Source: a virus
Lineage: Duplodnaviria; Heunggongvirae; Uroviricota; Caudoviricetes
IMG/VR virus record: IMGVR_UViG_2925877141_000001
DNA: 51,157 nt
Reading direction: 5' to 3' (one strand)
Every line of letters begins with the position of its first letter. Position 1 is the stretch's first letter. Of the stretch, positions 1 to 9,487 are shown piece after piece. The position numbers were made by a program, and so were the translations under genes. The notes below the pieces were generated by a model. That model saw only the letters and a program-made list of their open reading frames with translations, was not told where the DNA came from and searched no databases.

Positions 1-756
1 ATGCTTAAACAGCATTTAGAACCCATAGAAAAACGAGGTGTCCTTGAAACACTTCGCCGCATCATATCCCGCCTGAATGAAATTTTCCGCTATGCAGCAA
101 CAGAAGAACTCATAGAATTCAACCCGGCAGACAACCTGGGGCAACGGTTCAGCAAGCCAAAAAAACAGAATATGCCAGCATTACCCCCTTCCGAACTCCC
201 TCGCTTCTTGGTTGCTCTAAACAATGCTTCTATCCGTTTGGAAACAAGGCTACTGATTGAGTGGCAACTTCTCACATGGGTTCGCCCAGGTGAAGCTGTT
301 CGCACAAGATGGTCAGATATTGATATTGAAACTGGCATGTGGAACATCCCGGCGGAGTTTATGAAAATGAAGAAGCCTCACAAAGTTCCACTGAGCAAAG
401 AAGCTTTGCGAGTTTTGGATTTAATGAAAGTCATCAGCGGGCATAGAGAGTGGGTGTTCCCCAGTATCAAAGCTCCACTCAATCACATGCATGAACAAAC
501 AGCTAATGCGGCCATAATCCGTATGGGTTTCGGAGGTGAGCTTGTAGCTCACGGTATGCGATCCATTGCTAGAACGGCTGCTGAGGAGTCTGGCAAGTTT
601 AGGACTGATGTCTTAGAAGCCGCCCTTGCCCACTCGAAGAAAGATGAAATAATTGCAGCCTACAATCGTGCAGAGTATCTCACTGAACGGGTGGTTCTCA
701 TGCAATGGTGGAGTGACTATGTTTCGTCTCAAAAATGCAAAGTTATTGCCGCATAA
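1..756 (+). CDS. Tyrosine integrase (P4/CP4-57-like), C-terminal 251 aa; 5' end outside window
   Basis: ORF open from window edge to TAA at 754-756; translation has integrase catalytic-domain hallmarks (VRPGEAVRTRW, AHGMRSIARTAA, AAYNRAEYLTER). Confidence 0.8.
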   Translation: MLKQHLEPIEKRGVLETLRRIISRLNEIFRYAATEELIEFNPADNLGQRFSKPKKQNMPALPPSELPRFLVALNNASIRLETRLLIEWQLLTWVRPGEAVRTRWSDIDIETGMWNIPAEFMKMKKPHKVPLSKEALRVLDLMKVISGHREWVFPSIKAPLNHMHEQTANAAIIRMGFGGELVAHGMRSIARTAAEESGKFRTDVLEAALAHSKKDEIIAAYNRAEYLTERVVLMQWWSDYVSSQKCKVIAA

Positions 757-818
757 CTCTCCCATGATGGATTAACTATCTTGATTTAGTTAAAGAATTA
801 ATAATCACACCATTAACC

Positions 819-868
819 TATGTGGACTAAGCATAGCCATTTACAAATGGGGACATTGAGTCCACATA
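819..868. repeat. 10-bp perfect inverted repeat (tATGTGGACT ... AGTCCACATa) with 30-bp spacer upstream of serine-recombinase operon
   Basis: Arms at 819-828 and 859-868 read directly; sits in AT-rich leader 170 bp upstream of the 1039 start. Confidence 0.6.
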
Positions 869-1038
869 ACGAAAGCTGTCGGTCATATCAGCTAAATAAT
901 TCACATCTCTTCTCGATTATCATACACCTCGAAGATCTACCAAATTCGCTCTAATCAATGATAAAACAGTTGAATTCGGTTAAAATTTGATCAATTTTAT
1001 CCTCTACATTGTATTGAATCATCCATGAGGTTTCGTGC

Positions 1039-2595
1039 ATGGCTAGCGAAAATGACAAAAATCATAGAGTTAGGGTCGCGCAGTACTTGAGGATGTCTAC
1101 CGACCATCAGCAATATTCTTTACATAATCAGTCCGAATATATCAAAGATTATGCTGAAAAGAACAATATGGAAATCGCTTATACCTACGATGATGCAGGT
1201 AAGAGCGGAGTCAGTATCGTAGGCAGGCATTCTTTGCAGCAGTTACTTAGCGATGTAGAACAAAAGAAAATAGATATACAGGCTGTATTATTTTATGATG
1301 TGAGCCGTTTTGGTCGTTTTCAAAATAGTGATGAAGCGGCATATTATTCCTTTCTATTTGAGAGAAATGGTGTAGATCTTATATATTGTTCCGAACCTAT
1401 ACCCACTAAAGATTTCCCTTTAGAGTCCTCTGTTATACTGAATATAAAAAGATCTAGTGCTGCATATCACAGCAGGAATTTATCTGAAAAGGTATTTATA
1501 GGGCAAGTAAATTTAATAAAGCTTGGTTATCATCAAGGCGGTATGGCTGGTTATGGGCTGAGACGTCTTTTAGTAGACGAAAATGGCATAGCTAAAGAAA
1601 TATTGAGTTTCCGCAAAAGAAAGAGTATTCAAACAGATAGGGTAATATTAATTCCGGGACCAAAAAATGAAATAAAAATTGTAAATAGAATATATGATCT
1701 CTTTATAGATAATAACGTCCCAGAATTCATTATTGCTGAGAGATTAAATGAACAGAACATACCTGCAGAAAATGGAACATTATGGACTCGTGCAAAAATA
1801 CATCAAATTTTGACAAATGAAAAATATATTGGAAACAACATATATAACAAAACCTCATCTAAATTAAAAAGTAGGCTTGTAAAAAACCCCAAACATGAAT
1901 GGGTTAGATGTGACAAGGCATATAAACCTATTATTTCAAAGAAAAAATACAATAAAGCTCAAGAAATAATTCAGCTCCGATCCATTCATTTGACTAATGA
2001 AGATCTATTAGAAAAACTAAAACAAAAATTAGAATCTAATGGAAAACTATCAGGCTTTATCATTGATGAAGATGATACAGGCCCTTCATCTTCTGTTTAT
2101 AGAACCCGATTTGGTGGTCTTTTAAGAGCATATACTTTGATTGGTTATAAGCCAGAACATGATTACAGCTATCTCAAAATAAATGAAGCACTAAGATCAT
2201 TTCACTCAGAGATAATTGAGGATTTTAAGGGTGAAATTTTAAAAAGTAACTGTCATATAGACGAGTATAAATATGCCCCAATGCTTTACATCAATGATGA
2301 GTTTTTAATTTCCGTCCTTGTTACTAAATGCATACATATGAAATCAGGTAAACTTAGATGGAAAGTCCGGTTTGATAACTCACAGAAAGCAGACATAACA
2401 ATTGTTATACGAATGAATTCACAAAATATTTCACCTCTTGATTTTTATATCATACCAAAGATTGAAAACGAATATAATAAAATGTGCATGACGGAAACAA
2501 ACAACATTCGATTAGATCTCTATAGATTTGATAATCTTGATAAACTTCTACAAATTATTACTCGCATGAAAGTGAGGGAACTATATGCTGCCTGA
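1039..2595 (+). CDS. Large serine recombinase-like protein (resolvase catalytic domain + recombinase domain)
   Basis: N-terminal YLRMSTDHQ motif (serine recombinase nucleophile context) and a later recombinase-type segment (HQILTNEKYIGNNIYNK); no clear Cys-rich zinc ribbon; very AT-rich; GAGG upstream of ATG. Confidence 0.7.
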   Translation: MASENDKNHRVRVAQYLRMSTDHQQYSLHNQSEYIKDYAEKNNMEIAYTYDDAGKSGVSIVGRHSLQQLLSDVEQKKIDIQAVLFYDVSRFGRFQNSDEAAYYSFLFERNGVDLIYCSEPIPTKDFPLESSVILNIKRSSAAYHSRNLSEKVFIGQVNLIKLGYHQGGMAGYGLRRLLVDENGIAKEILSFRKRKSIQTDRVILIPGPKNEIKIVNRIYDLFIDNNVPEFIIAERLNEQNIPAENGTLWTRAKIHQILTNEKYIGNNIYNKTSSKLKSRLVKNPKHEWVRCDKAYKPIISKKKYNKAQEIIQLRSIHLTNEDLLEKLKQKLESNGKLSGFIIDEDDTGPSSSVYRTRFGGLLRAYTLIGYKPEHDYSYLKINEALRSFHSEIIEDFKGEILKSNCHIDEYKYAPMLYINDEFLISVLVTKCIHMKSGKLRWKVRFDNSQKADITIVIRMNSQNISPLDFYIIPKIENEYNKMCMTETNNIRLDLYRFDNLDKLLQIITRMKVRELYAA

Positions 2596-3481
2596 AAAAA
2601 ATGAATTCCCAATAATTCAAATTGAGATTGCAAAAATAAAATTTCTTAACCCACGAACAAGAAATAAGTTAGTGCATGAAGAAATAAAGGAAAGCATAAA
2701 AAAAAGAGGATTAAGCAAGCCTATAAGCGTAAGAGCTATTGATGAAGGCGATTTCAAATATGCTTTAATTTGTGGTCAAGGGAGAATAGAGGCTCTCGTT
2801 GCATTAGGTGAAACTATTATTCCAGCAATTATAAGAGATGTATCAGAAGAAGATGCTTACGTTATGAGTTTAGTTGAAAACATTGCAAGGAGAAGACCAC
2901 GTTCTAATGAGTTATTACAGGTGATTAAAGACATGAAAATCAGAGGACTTTCAGACTCCGAAATAAGTGAGATTACTGGATATTCATCGAACTGGGTGAG
3001 CAGTATTAATATGCTACTTGATAAGGGAGAGCATAAACTTCTCTCAGCAGTCGAACGGGGTAATTTGCCTCTGTATCTCGCAGTGCAATTTGCAAGATGT
3101 GAAACTGAGGAAGCACAAGATATTCTTACCGAAGCATATGATAAAAAATTAATAAAAAGTCGGGACATTATAAAGATAAAACACATTCTAAATCAAAGAA
3201 CAGTTGGGAATAAAGGTGCAAAAGCAGCCGGATTTTATTATCACAAACCATCAAAAAGGATGACTGCAGAGGAGTTGATTGAGCTTTATGAAAATAGTAT
3301 CGCTGAACATAAATCTGTTTATAACAACTCAAAATTCATAAAAACCAACCTACTAATAGTAAATGAGATTTTTAACATCATAATGATGAATAAAAGCTTT
3401 CAACATATACTTGAACAAGAGAATCTTTCAGAACTACCATCTCAGATATTAACCCCAGTAAACAAAGAGGTATTAAAATGA
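2585..3481 (+). CDS. ParB/Srx-fold N-terminal domain + HTH protein (ParB-like 1)
   Basis: Overlaps upstream gene by 11 bp; ParB-box-like GQGRIEAL motif followed by HTH-like segment (GLSDSEISEITGYSSNWVSSI). Confidence 0.6.
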   Translation: MLPEKNEFPIIQIEIAKIKFLNPRTRNKLVHEEIKESIKKRGLSKPISVRAIDEGDFKYALICGQGRIEALVALGETIIPAIIRDVSEEDAYVMSLVENIARRRPRSNELLQVIKDMKIRGLSDSEISEITGYSSNWVSSINMLLDKGEHKLLSAVERGNLPLYLAVQFARCETEEAQDILTEAYDKKLIKSRDIIKIKHILNQRTVGNKGAKAAGFYYHKPSKRMTAEELIELYENSIAEHKSVYNNSKFIKTNLLIVNEIFNIIMMNKSFQHILEQENLSELPSQILTPVNKEVLK

Positions 3482-4374
3482 TTCAGATACGTTTTGGCGA
3501 TAATTTTATTTACCTGGAAACTAATAAGTTAATTCCATCTAAGGAATTATTAGAAAACGTAAAGCGAAGCCATAAATATCATCAAATAGTTACCTCTATC
3601 GAAAGCTTAGGTATTATTGAACCAATAATAGTATTCTATGACAAAGATAAAGATGTCACTAAGATACTTGATGGCCATTTAAGGGTTGAGGCTTTAAAAG
3701 ACTTAGGTATAGAAAAAGCTCCATGTATACTTTCGAGCATAGATGATGCTTTCACTCCTAACAAACAAGTGAATCATATAAATGTAGTTGAAGAACATAG
3801 AATGATAATTAAGTCTCTGGCAAAAGTATCAATTGAAAAACTTAGTGCTGCTTTGGGCATATCTGTTGATGCCATAAAAGATAAAGCGAATGTGATGAAC
3901 GGCATAGATCCAAGTGTAATTGCGAAACTTTCTGATAAACCTATACCTAAGGCTACATTTGACATTTTGAGGAAAATGAAGCCAATTCGCCAAATTGAAG
4001 CAGTCGGTACAATGATTAATTTTGATAATTATAGTAAAAAATTTGCAATGAGCATCTTGGATGCAACACCGGCATCGATGATAGTAAATAAAGGGAAAAA
4101 CACTCCCTATAAAAAGGACATAAAAAAAACCATACTTCGTCTGGAACAAGAAATGGCAACAACTTCGGAAGAAACGAAAAAGCTTCAAACCGAGTATGGT
4201 TCAGATATGTTGAAATTCGTTATAATCCAGTCATATATTAATAAATTACTTGGCAATTCTAAAGTTCTTCATTGGTTCTTAGAAAACGAGGTTGATTATC
4301 TTAATGAGTTAAAAAGAATTTCTAGAATAAATTCTTTGGATGATAAGACTCTTACTGAAAACAGCAAGTCATAG
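3478..4374 (+). CDS. ParB/Srx-fold N-terminal domain + HTH protein (ParB-like 2, paralog)
   Basis: ATGA stop/start overlap with upstream gene; DGHLRVEALKDLG motif and HTH-like segment (SIEKLSAALGISVDAIK). Confidence 0.6.
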   Translation: MIQIRFGDNFIYLETNKLIPSKELLENVKRSHKYHQIVTSIESLGIIEPIIVFYDKDKDVTKILDGHLRVEALKDLGIEKAPCILSSIDDAFTPNKQVNHINVVEEHRMIIKSLAKVSIEKLSAALGISVDAIKDKANVMNGIDPSVIAKLSDKPIPKATFDILRKMKPIRQIEAVGTMINFDNYSKKFAMSILDATPASMIVNKGKNTPYKKDIKKTILRLEQEMATTSEETKKLQTEYGSDMLKFVIIQSYINKLLGNSKVLHWFLENEVDYLNELKRISRINSLDDKTLTENSKS

Positions 4375-4688
4375 TCATGTTTTATATAGCCTAAATAAAC
4401 CAAGAAGTATACTTACACAACGACCTTCACGCCGAAGAAGCTGTCAGATACGCCAGCAACCAAAGCATTACGTTTAAGTGTCAGTCATTGATACGAAGGG
4501 ATAACTGCGTATCAGCAGCCGGACATTGAGTCGAATAAAGGCTGGTAGAGAGGGACAGTTCTGTGTCACCGGGAGATTCGTCAGAAACATCAGCGGCAGA
4601 ACAGATGAACCAGCAATTGGTAGTGCACAGAAAACTCTCCAGTATTTAATTATTCAACTTAACACTAAAAAAAATCATGGATTTGCCC

Positions 4689-5528
4689 CTATATTTCCAG
4701 ACATCTGTTATCACTTAACCCATTACAAGCCCGCTGCCGCAGATATTCCCGTGGCGAGCGATAACCCAGCGCACTATGCGGATGCCATTCGTTATAATGC
4801 TCGAACGCCTCTGCAAGGTTCTTTGCTGCCGTTAACCCGTCTGGTTTGGGCATGATACTGATGTAGTCACGCTTTATCGTTTTCACGAAGCTCTCTGCTA
4901 TTCCGTTACTCTCCGGACTCCGCACCGCCGTGTTCTTCGGTTCAAGTCCCAACATCCGGGCGAACTGGCGTGTTTCATTAGCCCGGTAGCATGAACCATT
5001 ATCCGTCAGCCACTCCACTGGAGACGACGGAAGATCGTTGCCGAAGCGGCGTTCCACCGCTCCCAGCATGACGTCCTGTACTGTTTCACTGTTGAAGCCG
5101 CCGGTAGTGACCGCCCAGTGCAGTGCCTCACGATCACAGCAGTCCAGCGCGAACGTGACACGCAGTCTCTCTCCGTTATCACAGCAGAACTCGAACCCGT
5201 CAGAGCACCATCGCTGATTGCTTTCTTTCACGGCCACTCTGCCTGTATGTGCCCGTTTCGATGGCGGTACAGCAGGTTTTCGCTCAAGCAACAGCGCATT
5301 CTGGCGCATGATCCGGTAAACACGTTTGGCATTGATCGCAGGCATACCATCAAGTTCTGCCTGTCTGCGAAGCAGCGCCCATACCCGACGATAACCATAC
5401 GTGGGCAGCTCTCCGATAACATGGTGTATACGGAGAAGCACATCCGTATCATCAGTGTGACGACTGCGGCGGCCATCCATCCAGTCATCGGTTCGTCTGA
5501 GAATGACGTGCAACTGCGCACGCGACAC
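4689..5528 (-). CDS. insD: IS2 orfB (InsD) reading frame, N-terminus apparently disrupted
   Basis: Translation matches InsD from ...[15 protein letters not shown] to ...NRCLEI; canonical upstream start ([13 protein letters not shown]) is not in frame here. Confidence 0.7.
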
Positions 5529-5916
5529 CCGGAGACAACGGCTGACTAAGCTTACTCCCCATCCCGGGCAATAAGGGCGCGTGCGCTATCCACTTTTTTG
5601 CCCGTCCATATTCAACGGCTTCTTTGAGGAGTTCATTTTCCATCGTTTTCTTGCCGAGCAGGCGCTGGAGTTCTTTAATCTGCTTCATGGCGGCAGCAAG
5701 TTCAGAGGCAGGAACAACCTGTTCTCCGGCGGCGACAGCAGTAAGACTTCCTTCCTGGTATTGCTTACGCCAGAGAAATAACTGGCTGGCTGCTACACCA
5801 TGTTGCCGGGCAACGAGGGAGACCGTCATCCCCGGTTCAAAGCTCTGCTGAACAATTGCGATCTTTTCCTGTGTGGTACGCCGTCTGCGTTTCTCCGGCC
5901 CTAAGACATCAATCAT
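5485..5916 (-). CDS. insC: IS2 orfA (InsC), C-terminally extended relative to canonical 121 aa
   Basis: Starts [26 protein letters not shown]; ends ...[11 protein letters not shown]... instead of the remembered ...LLPGDGE stop, suggesting a 1-bp deletion in a G-run. Confidence 0.7.
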
Positions 5917-6007
5917 CTGTTCTCCAATGACTAGTCTAAAAACTAGTATTAAGACTATCACTTATTTAAGTGATATTGGTTGTCTGGAGATTCAGGGGGC
6001 CAGTCTA

Positions 6008-6161
6008 ACAGACTAGCAGTGCGTTCCCTGCCGATGATGTCCTGACCAGTTTTTTCAGTCCGGACCTCCTGCCACGATTTTACGTTGAAGTGGTAACCCT
6101 GAGCACGCAGTTCTTCAGTCAGGCGTGGTGCACCGTAACGCTGTTATTGCTGGGTAAGATC
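6008..6161 (-). mobile_element. IS3-family remnant (internal orfB fragment joined to a terminal inverted repeat), interrupted by IS2
   Basis: 6072-6150 is similar to IS3 interior 7426-7497; 6145-6161 ATTGCTGGGTAAGATCA equals the IS3 terminus seen at 8025-8041. Confidence 0.5.
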
Positions 6162-6412
6162 AAAAAACTTTCAGGCAGCTAAGGAAAGTTGAACCAGACA
6201 TTAGATGAAATATTTCAACCAATTACAGCACCAATTCAGTCACTGCCAGCCCACCAAATAAATCAAGGGGTTACATGAAAACGTAGCCCCTTTTTCTTTG
6301 GTAGTGACACTAAAATGGATGTAGTGTGAAGAATAATCCCGTTTACTCAATCAATAATACATATTGTTTCAATCTACGTTATTATCTCTTTGTAAAAATT
6401 GCCATTTATTAA

Positions 6413-6783
6413 TCATTGAAAACTGCTTTTAGAACTTGATACAACGGGACTAGTCACAACAGGACTATTCTCAACGGGATCATCCTCAGAGGAACTATCA
6501 TCAAAGTCATCATCCATAAATAAAATATCATCGAATGGTGCCACGCCCGTGATGAGTTTTATTTTATTATTACGATCAGTCAATACTCCACTTAAACCGT
6601 TTTCGCTCACAGGTTTTAATGATTTTTCATTACTCTTGTTGTAAGCAGGCGCATTAAAAATACACGGAGTATCAACATCAAACAATGACGTTCCCCAGTT
6701 CACATATTGAATATCATAGTTACTGAAGTTCTGTCCAGAAAAGAAGCACCCCTTAAAATCCAATCCACGTAAATTATATAAAC
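6413..6783 (-). pseudogene. 3' fragment of an unknown gene (pentapeptide-repeat-like N-terminal part, acidic Ser/Asp-rich tail), 5' end removed by IS3
   Basis: ORF runs without a start into the IS3 terminus at 6784; AT-rich. Confidence 0.4.
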
Positions 6784-6813
6784 TGATCCTACCCACGTAA
6801 TATGGACACAGGC

Positions 6814-7680
6814 CTAAGCGAGGTTCTTGTTTTCAAATTGTTCCGGACTGAGGCCGCCACACCAACTGTGCCGCCGCCACCGATTGTAATCACATTCGAT
6901 ATAATTAAACACCGTTGCCCGCATTATTTCCCGGCTGATAAAGTGTTCTCCATGGATACATTCCACTTTCAGCGAATGAAAGAAGCTTTCCACGCAGGCA
7001 TTATCGTAGCAGCAACCTTTTGCGCTCATACTTCCACGCAGATTATGCCGCTTCAGTTGCGCCTGATAATCTGCTGAACAGTACTGGCCTCCACGGTCCG
7101 TGTGAACGATAACGTTCCGGGGCCTCTTACGCCGCCACAGCGCCATCTGCAGGGCATCGCAGGCCAGTTGCGCCGTCATGCGTGGCGACATTGACCAGCC
7201 AATAACGGCACGTGACCACAGGTCAATGACCACTGCCAGATACAGCCAGCCTTCATCTGTACGTAAGTACGTGATGTCTCCTGCCCACTTCTGGTTCGGG
7301 CCACTGGCGTAAAAATCCTGCTCCAACAGATTTTCTGACACAGGCAGGCCGTGTGCGCGGTAGCTGACCGGGCTGAACTTCCGGGAGGCCTTTGCCCTCA
7401 GTCCCTGACGGCGCAGGCTTGCCGCCACGGTTTTTACGTTAAAGGGGTAACCCTGAGCACGCAGTTCATCCGTCAGGCGTGGGGCACCGTAACGCTGTTT
7501 TGACCGGGTAAAAGCCGCGAGGACAACGCTGTCGCAGTGTTGGCGGAACTGCTGACGCGTGCTTATCCTTGTCCGCCGCTGACACCACGTATACCAGCCG
7601 CTGCGGGCCACCCGGAGCACGCGGCACATTGCTTTGATGCTGAACTCAGCCTGATGTTTTTCAATAAAGACATACTTCAT
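6814..7680 (-). CDS. insF: IS3 transposase orfB (InsF)
   Basis: 288-aa translation [22 protein letters not shown]...EQFENKNLA recognised as IS3 InsF with DDE region. Confidence 0.85.
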
Positions 7681-7976
7681 TTCAGGCGCTTCGCGAAGTA
7701 TGTCGCGGCCTTTTGGAGGATAGCCAGCTCTTCATCCCGTTCTGCCAGCTGGCGTTTGAGACGTGCAATCTCGGTAGACATCTCCAGTTCACGTTCAGAA
7801 GACGTCTGCTGATTTTGCTGTTTACTGCGCCAGTTGTAGAGTTGTGATTCATACAGGCTGAGTTCACGGGCTGCGGCAGTAACACCGATGCGTTCAGCAA
7901 GCTTCAGGGCTTCACTGCGAAATTCAGGCGAATGCTGTTTACGGGGTTTTTTACTGGTTGATACTGTTTTTGTCAT
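7677..7976 (-). CDS. insE: IS3 transposase orfA (InsE)
   Basis: [31 protein letters not shown]... recognised as IS3 InsE; overlaps orfB in the usual frameshift arrangement. Confidence 0.8.
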
Positions 7977-8041
7977 GTGAGTCACCTCTGACTGAGAGTT
8001 TACTCACTTAGCCGCGTGTCCACTATTGCTGGGTAAGATCA

Positions 8042-8237
8042 AGGTTCCTAAGCTCACCTTAGTTCGCTTTTTGGTCACAGGCACTGCATATCTGAAATAC
8101 CAATTTTTCTTCCCTCCCTTCGCCAGGGGAGCGATTCGCAACAGCAAACCATCGCCGTCAAAAAGGTTAACCTCTTTTTCGGCAGGTTTGGTGCTTTTGA
8201 TTTCAGTGTCAGTGAGCTTCTTAGCGATTTTGGCCAT
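8042..8237 (-). pseudogene. P4/CP4-57-type integrase N-terminal fragment (~65 aa) truncated by IS3
   Basis: MAKIAKKLTDTEIKSTKPAEKEVNLFDGDGLLLRIAPLAKGGKKNWYFRYAVPVTKKRTK looks like an integrase arm-binding N-terminus; reading frame runs into the IS3 end at 8041; N-terminus lies ~170 bp from the att repeat. Confidence 0.65.
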
Positions 8238-8403
8238 GTTTGGGACCCTCGATTTTAGGACCCATCTTCGTGGGTCCCATTCAGGGTGCCATAACTCGTA
8301 GTTCTCAGCAATTCTCACTAGACTACAATAGACGTAAAAAAGCCCGCAGAGCTTGTGCTGTGCGGGCTTAGTAGACTTTACTGAACTTCAGTACATCAAT
8401 ATT

Positions 8404-8430
8404 TGGTGGAGCTGGCGGGAGTTGAACCCG
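8404..8430. repeat. 27-bp direct repeat of the ssrA 3' end (att core; prophage attL)
   Basis: TGGTGGAGCTGGCGGGAGTTGAACCCG is identical to 50756-50782 at the 3' end of ssrA. Confidence 0.85.
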
Positions 8431-8508
8431 AGTCCGTATTTTTATAATTAGCTGAAATAAAACGATTAATACTAACCATTTTATTCTGCGGATCTTTTGC
8501 GGCTCCTT

Positions 8509-9408
8509 TTATGTCTGGATGTGGTCGTCAACACATCCTCTTTTAAATACAGGCGCTTTTACCTTAGTTGGATCATCTGTTTTAAAGATTTTCAATCGTT
8601 CACTGAAGAACATTACCTCAGATCCTTTGTACCGATCTTGAGCACTGTAGTTTATTCCATATACTAATGAGGATGTCTTATACATAGCTTGGATCTCAGG
8701 AGTGTTATCGTAAGAAACAATCCAAGGCGTTTTAATATTATTCTGTACGACTTTTGCAACCCTAACATGATCATCATGATCATAATGGTTGATATATAAG
8801 CCTTTACCTTTTATGTAATAAGGTGGATCCAAATAGGTTAATGAGTTTTGTGGCAATTGAATAACTATTTTTTTTATGAAATCAATTGCATCCATGTTAT
8901 ATAAATCTATTCTGTGACGATTTTCTGATATTCTATGGATTCGAGAAATCAAATCACTCTTATTATAGCGAGCGTCAAGCTTCCATTTCCCTTCTTGATT
9001 TTTACCGCCAATTACACCACCTTTTAATATTCCAGAACGATTTGTTCTATTGAGAAAAAAGGTTGAGAAACCAATTGTTAAAAGATCATGGTCTTTAGGA
9101 TTATTAATTATATCTTTCTGCCTAAACCATTCATCCATTGTAACTTCTGTTCTTTCAACTAAAGAACATAATTGATCTGCATGATTTAATACACTGTGCC
9201 AAAAAGCATAAACAGAAATATTAATATCATTAAGGATGATTTTTTCAGCTGCATTTAGATGTAACAGTTTCAATGCTAAACCAGCACCCCCAGCATATGG
9301 TTCGGCATAATGTATAGGCGAAAGATTATTTTCTTCAATAATCCGAAGCATGAAATTTGCAAGCTTGCCTTTACCGCCAGGATAGCGAAGTGGGGTGTTA
9401 AAACGCAT
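8509..9408 (-). CDS. Dam-family (D12 class) N6-adenine DNA methyltransferase
   Basis: Motifs LRYPGGK, EPYAGGAG and DPPY in the translation; ATG at 9408; AT-rich. Confidence 0.8.
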   Translation of the reverse strand: MRFNTPLRYPGGKGKLANFMLRIIEENNLSPIHYAEPYAGGAGLALKLLHLNAAEKIILNDINISVYAFWHSVLNHADQLCSLVERTEVTMDEWFRQKDIINNPKDHDLLTIGFSTFFLNRTNRSGILKGGVIGGKNQEGKWKLDARYNKSDLISRIHRISENRHRIDLYNMDAIDFIKKIVIQLPQNSLTYLDPPYYIKGKGLYINHYDHDDHVRVAKVVQNNIKTPWIVSYDNTPEIQAMYKTSSLVYGINYSAQDRYKGSEVMFFSERLKIFKTDDPTKVKAPVFKRGCVDDHIQT

Positions 9409-9442
9409 ATGATACCTCTAAATGTCAGATCTAAAGTATATC

Positions 9443-9477
9443 AAAAAAAGGGCTTTATGGCCATCACATAAAACCCC
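9443..9477 (-). terminator. Possible intrinsic terminator between ATPase and methyltransferase genes
   Basis: Minus-strand hairpin GGGTTTTA...TAAAGCCC followed by a run of 7 T. Confidence 0.4.
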
Positions 9478-9487
9478 TTTTAATCAA

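Larger units (their letters stand above)
4678..6007 (-). mobile_element. IS2: IS2 insertion sequence (1330 bp), transposase genes on minus strand
   Basis: Terminal sequences TGGATTTGCCCCTATATTTCCAGACATCTGTTATCACTTAACCC (4678-) and GGTTGTCTGGAGATTCAGGGGGCCAGTCTA (-6007) recognised as IS2 ends; InsC/InsD protein sequences recognised; flanking 5 bp do not form a target duplication. Confidence 0.85.
6784..8041 (-). mobile_element. IS3: IS3 insertion sequence (1258 bp)
   Basis: Termini TGATCCTACCCACGTAATATGGACAC (6784-) and GTGTCCACTATTGCTGGGTAAGATCA (-8041); InsE/InsF translations recognised; flanks AAC/AGG are not a target duplication. Confidence 0.85.

Noticed and set aside
90-347. 85-aa minus-strand ORF inside the integrase gene
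   Set aside because: Antisense to a well-supported integrase reading frame; no start context or recognisable features.
4526-4855. 109-aa plus-strand ORF spanning the IS2 boundary
   Set aside because: Crosses the IS2 terminal repeat at 4678 and runs antisense to InsD; an artefact of the insertion junction.
5118-5851. Plus-strand ORFs inside IS2 (5118-5549, 5581-5781, 5624-5851)
   Set aside because: Antisense to the recognised IS2 transposase frames.
6802-7900. ORFs inside IS3 other than InsE/InsF (6802-7077, 7537-7812, 7682-7900)
   Set aside because: Overlap or antisense to the recognised IS3 transposase frames.
8404-8430. Possible tRNA gene at the att site
   Set aside because: Only 27 bp matching the ssrA 3' end; no acceptor or anticodon arms; it is an att core repeat.
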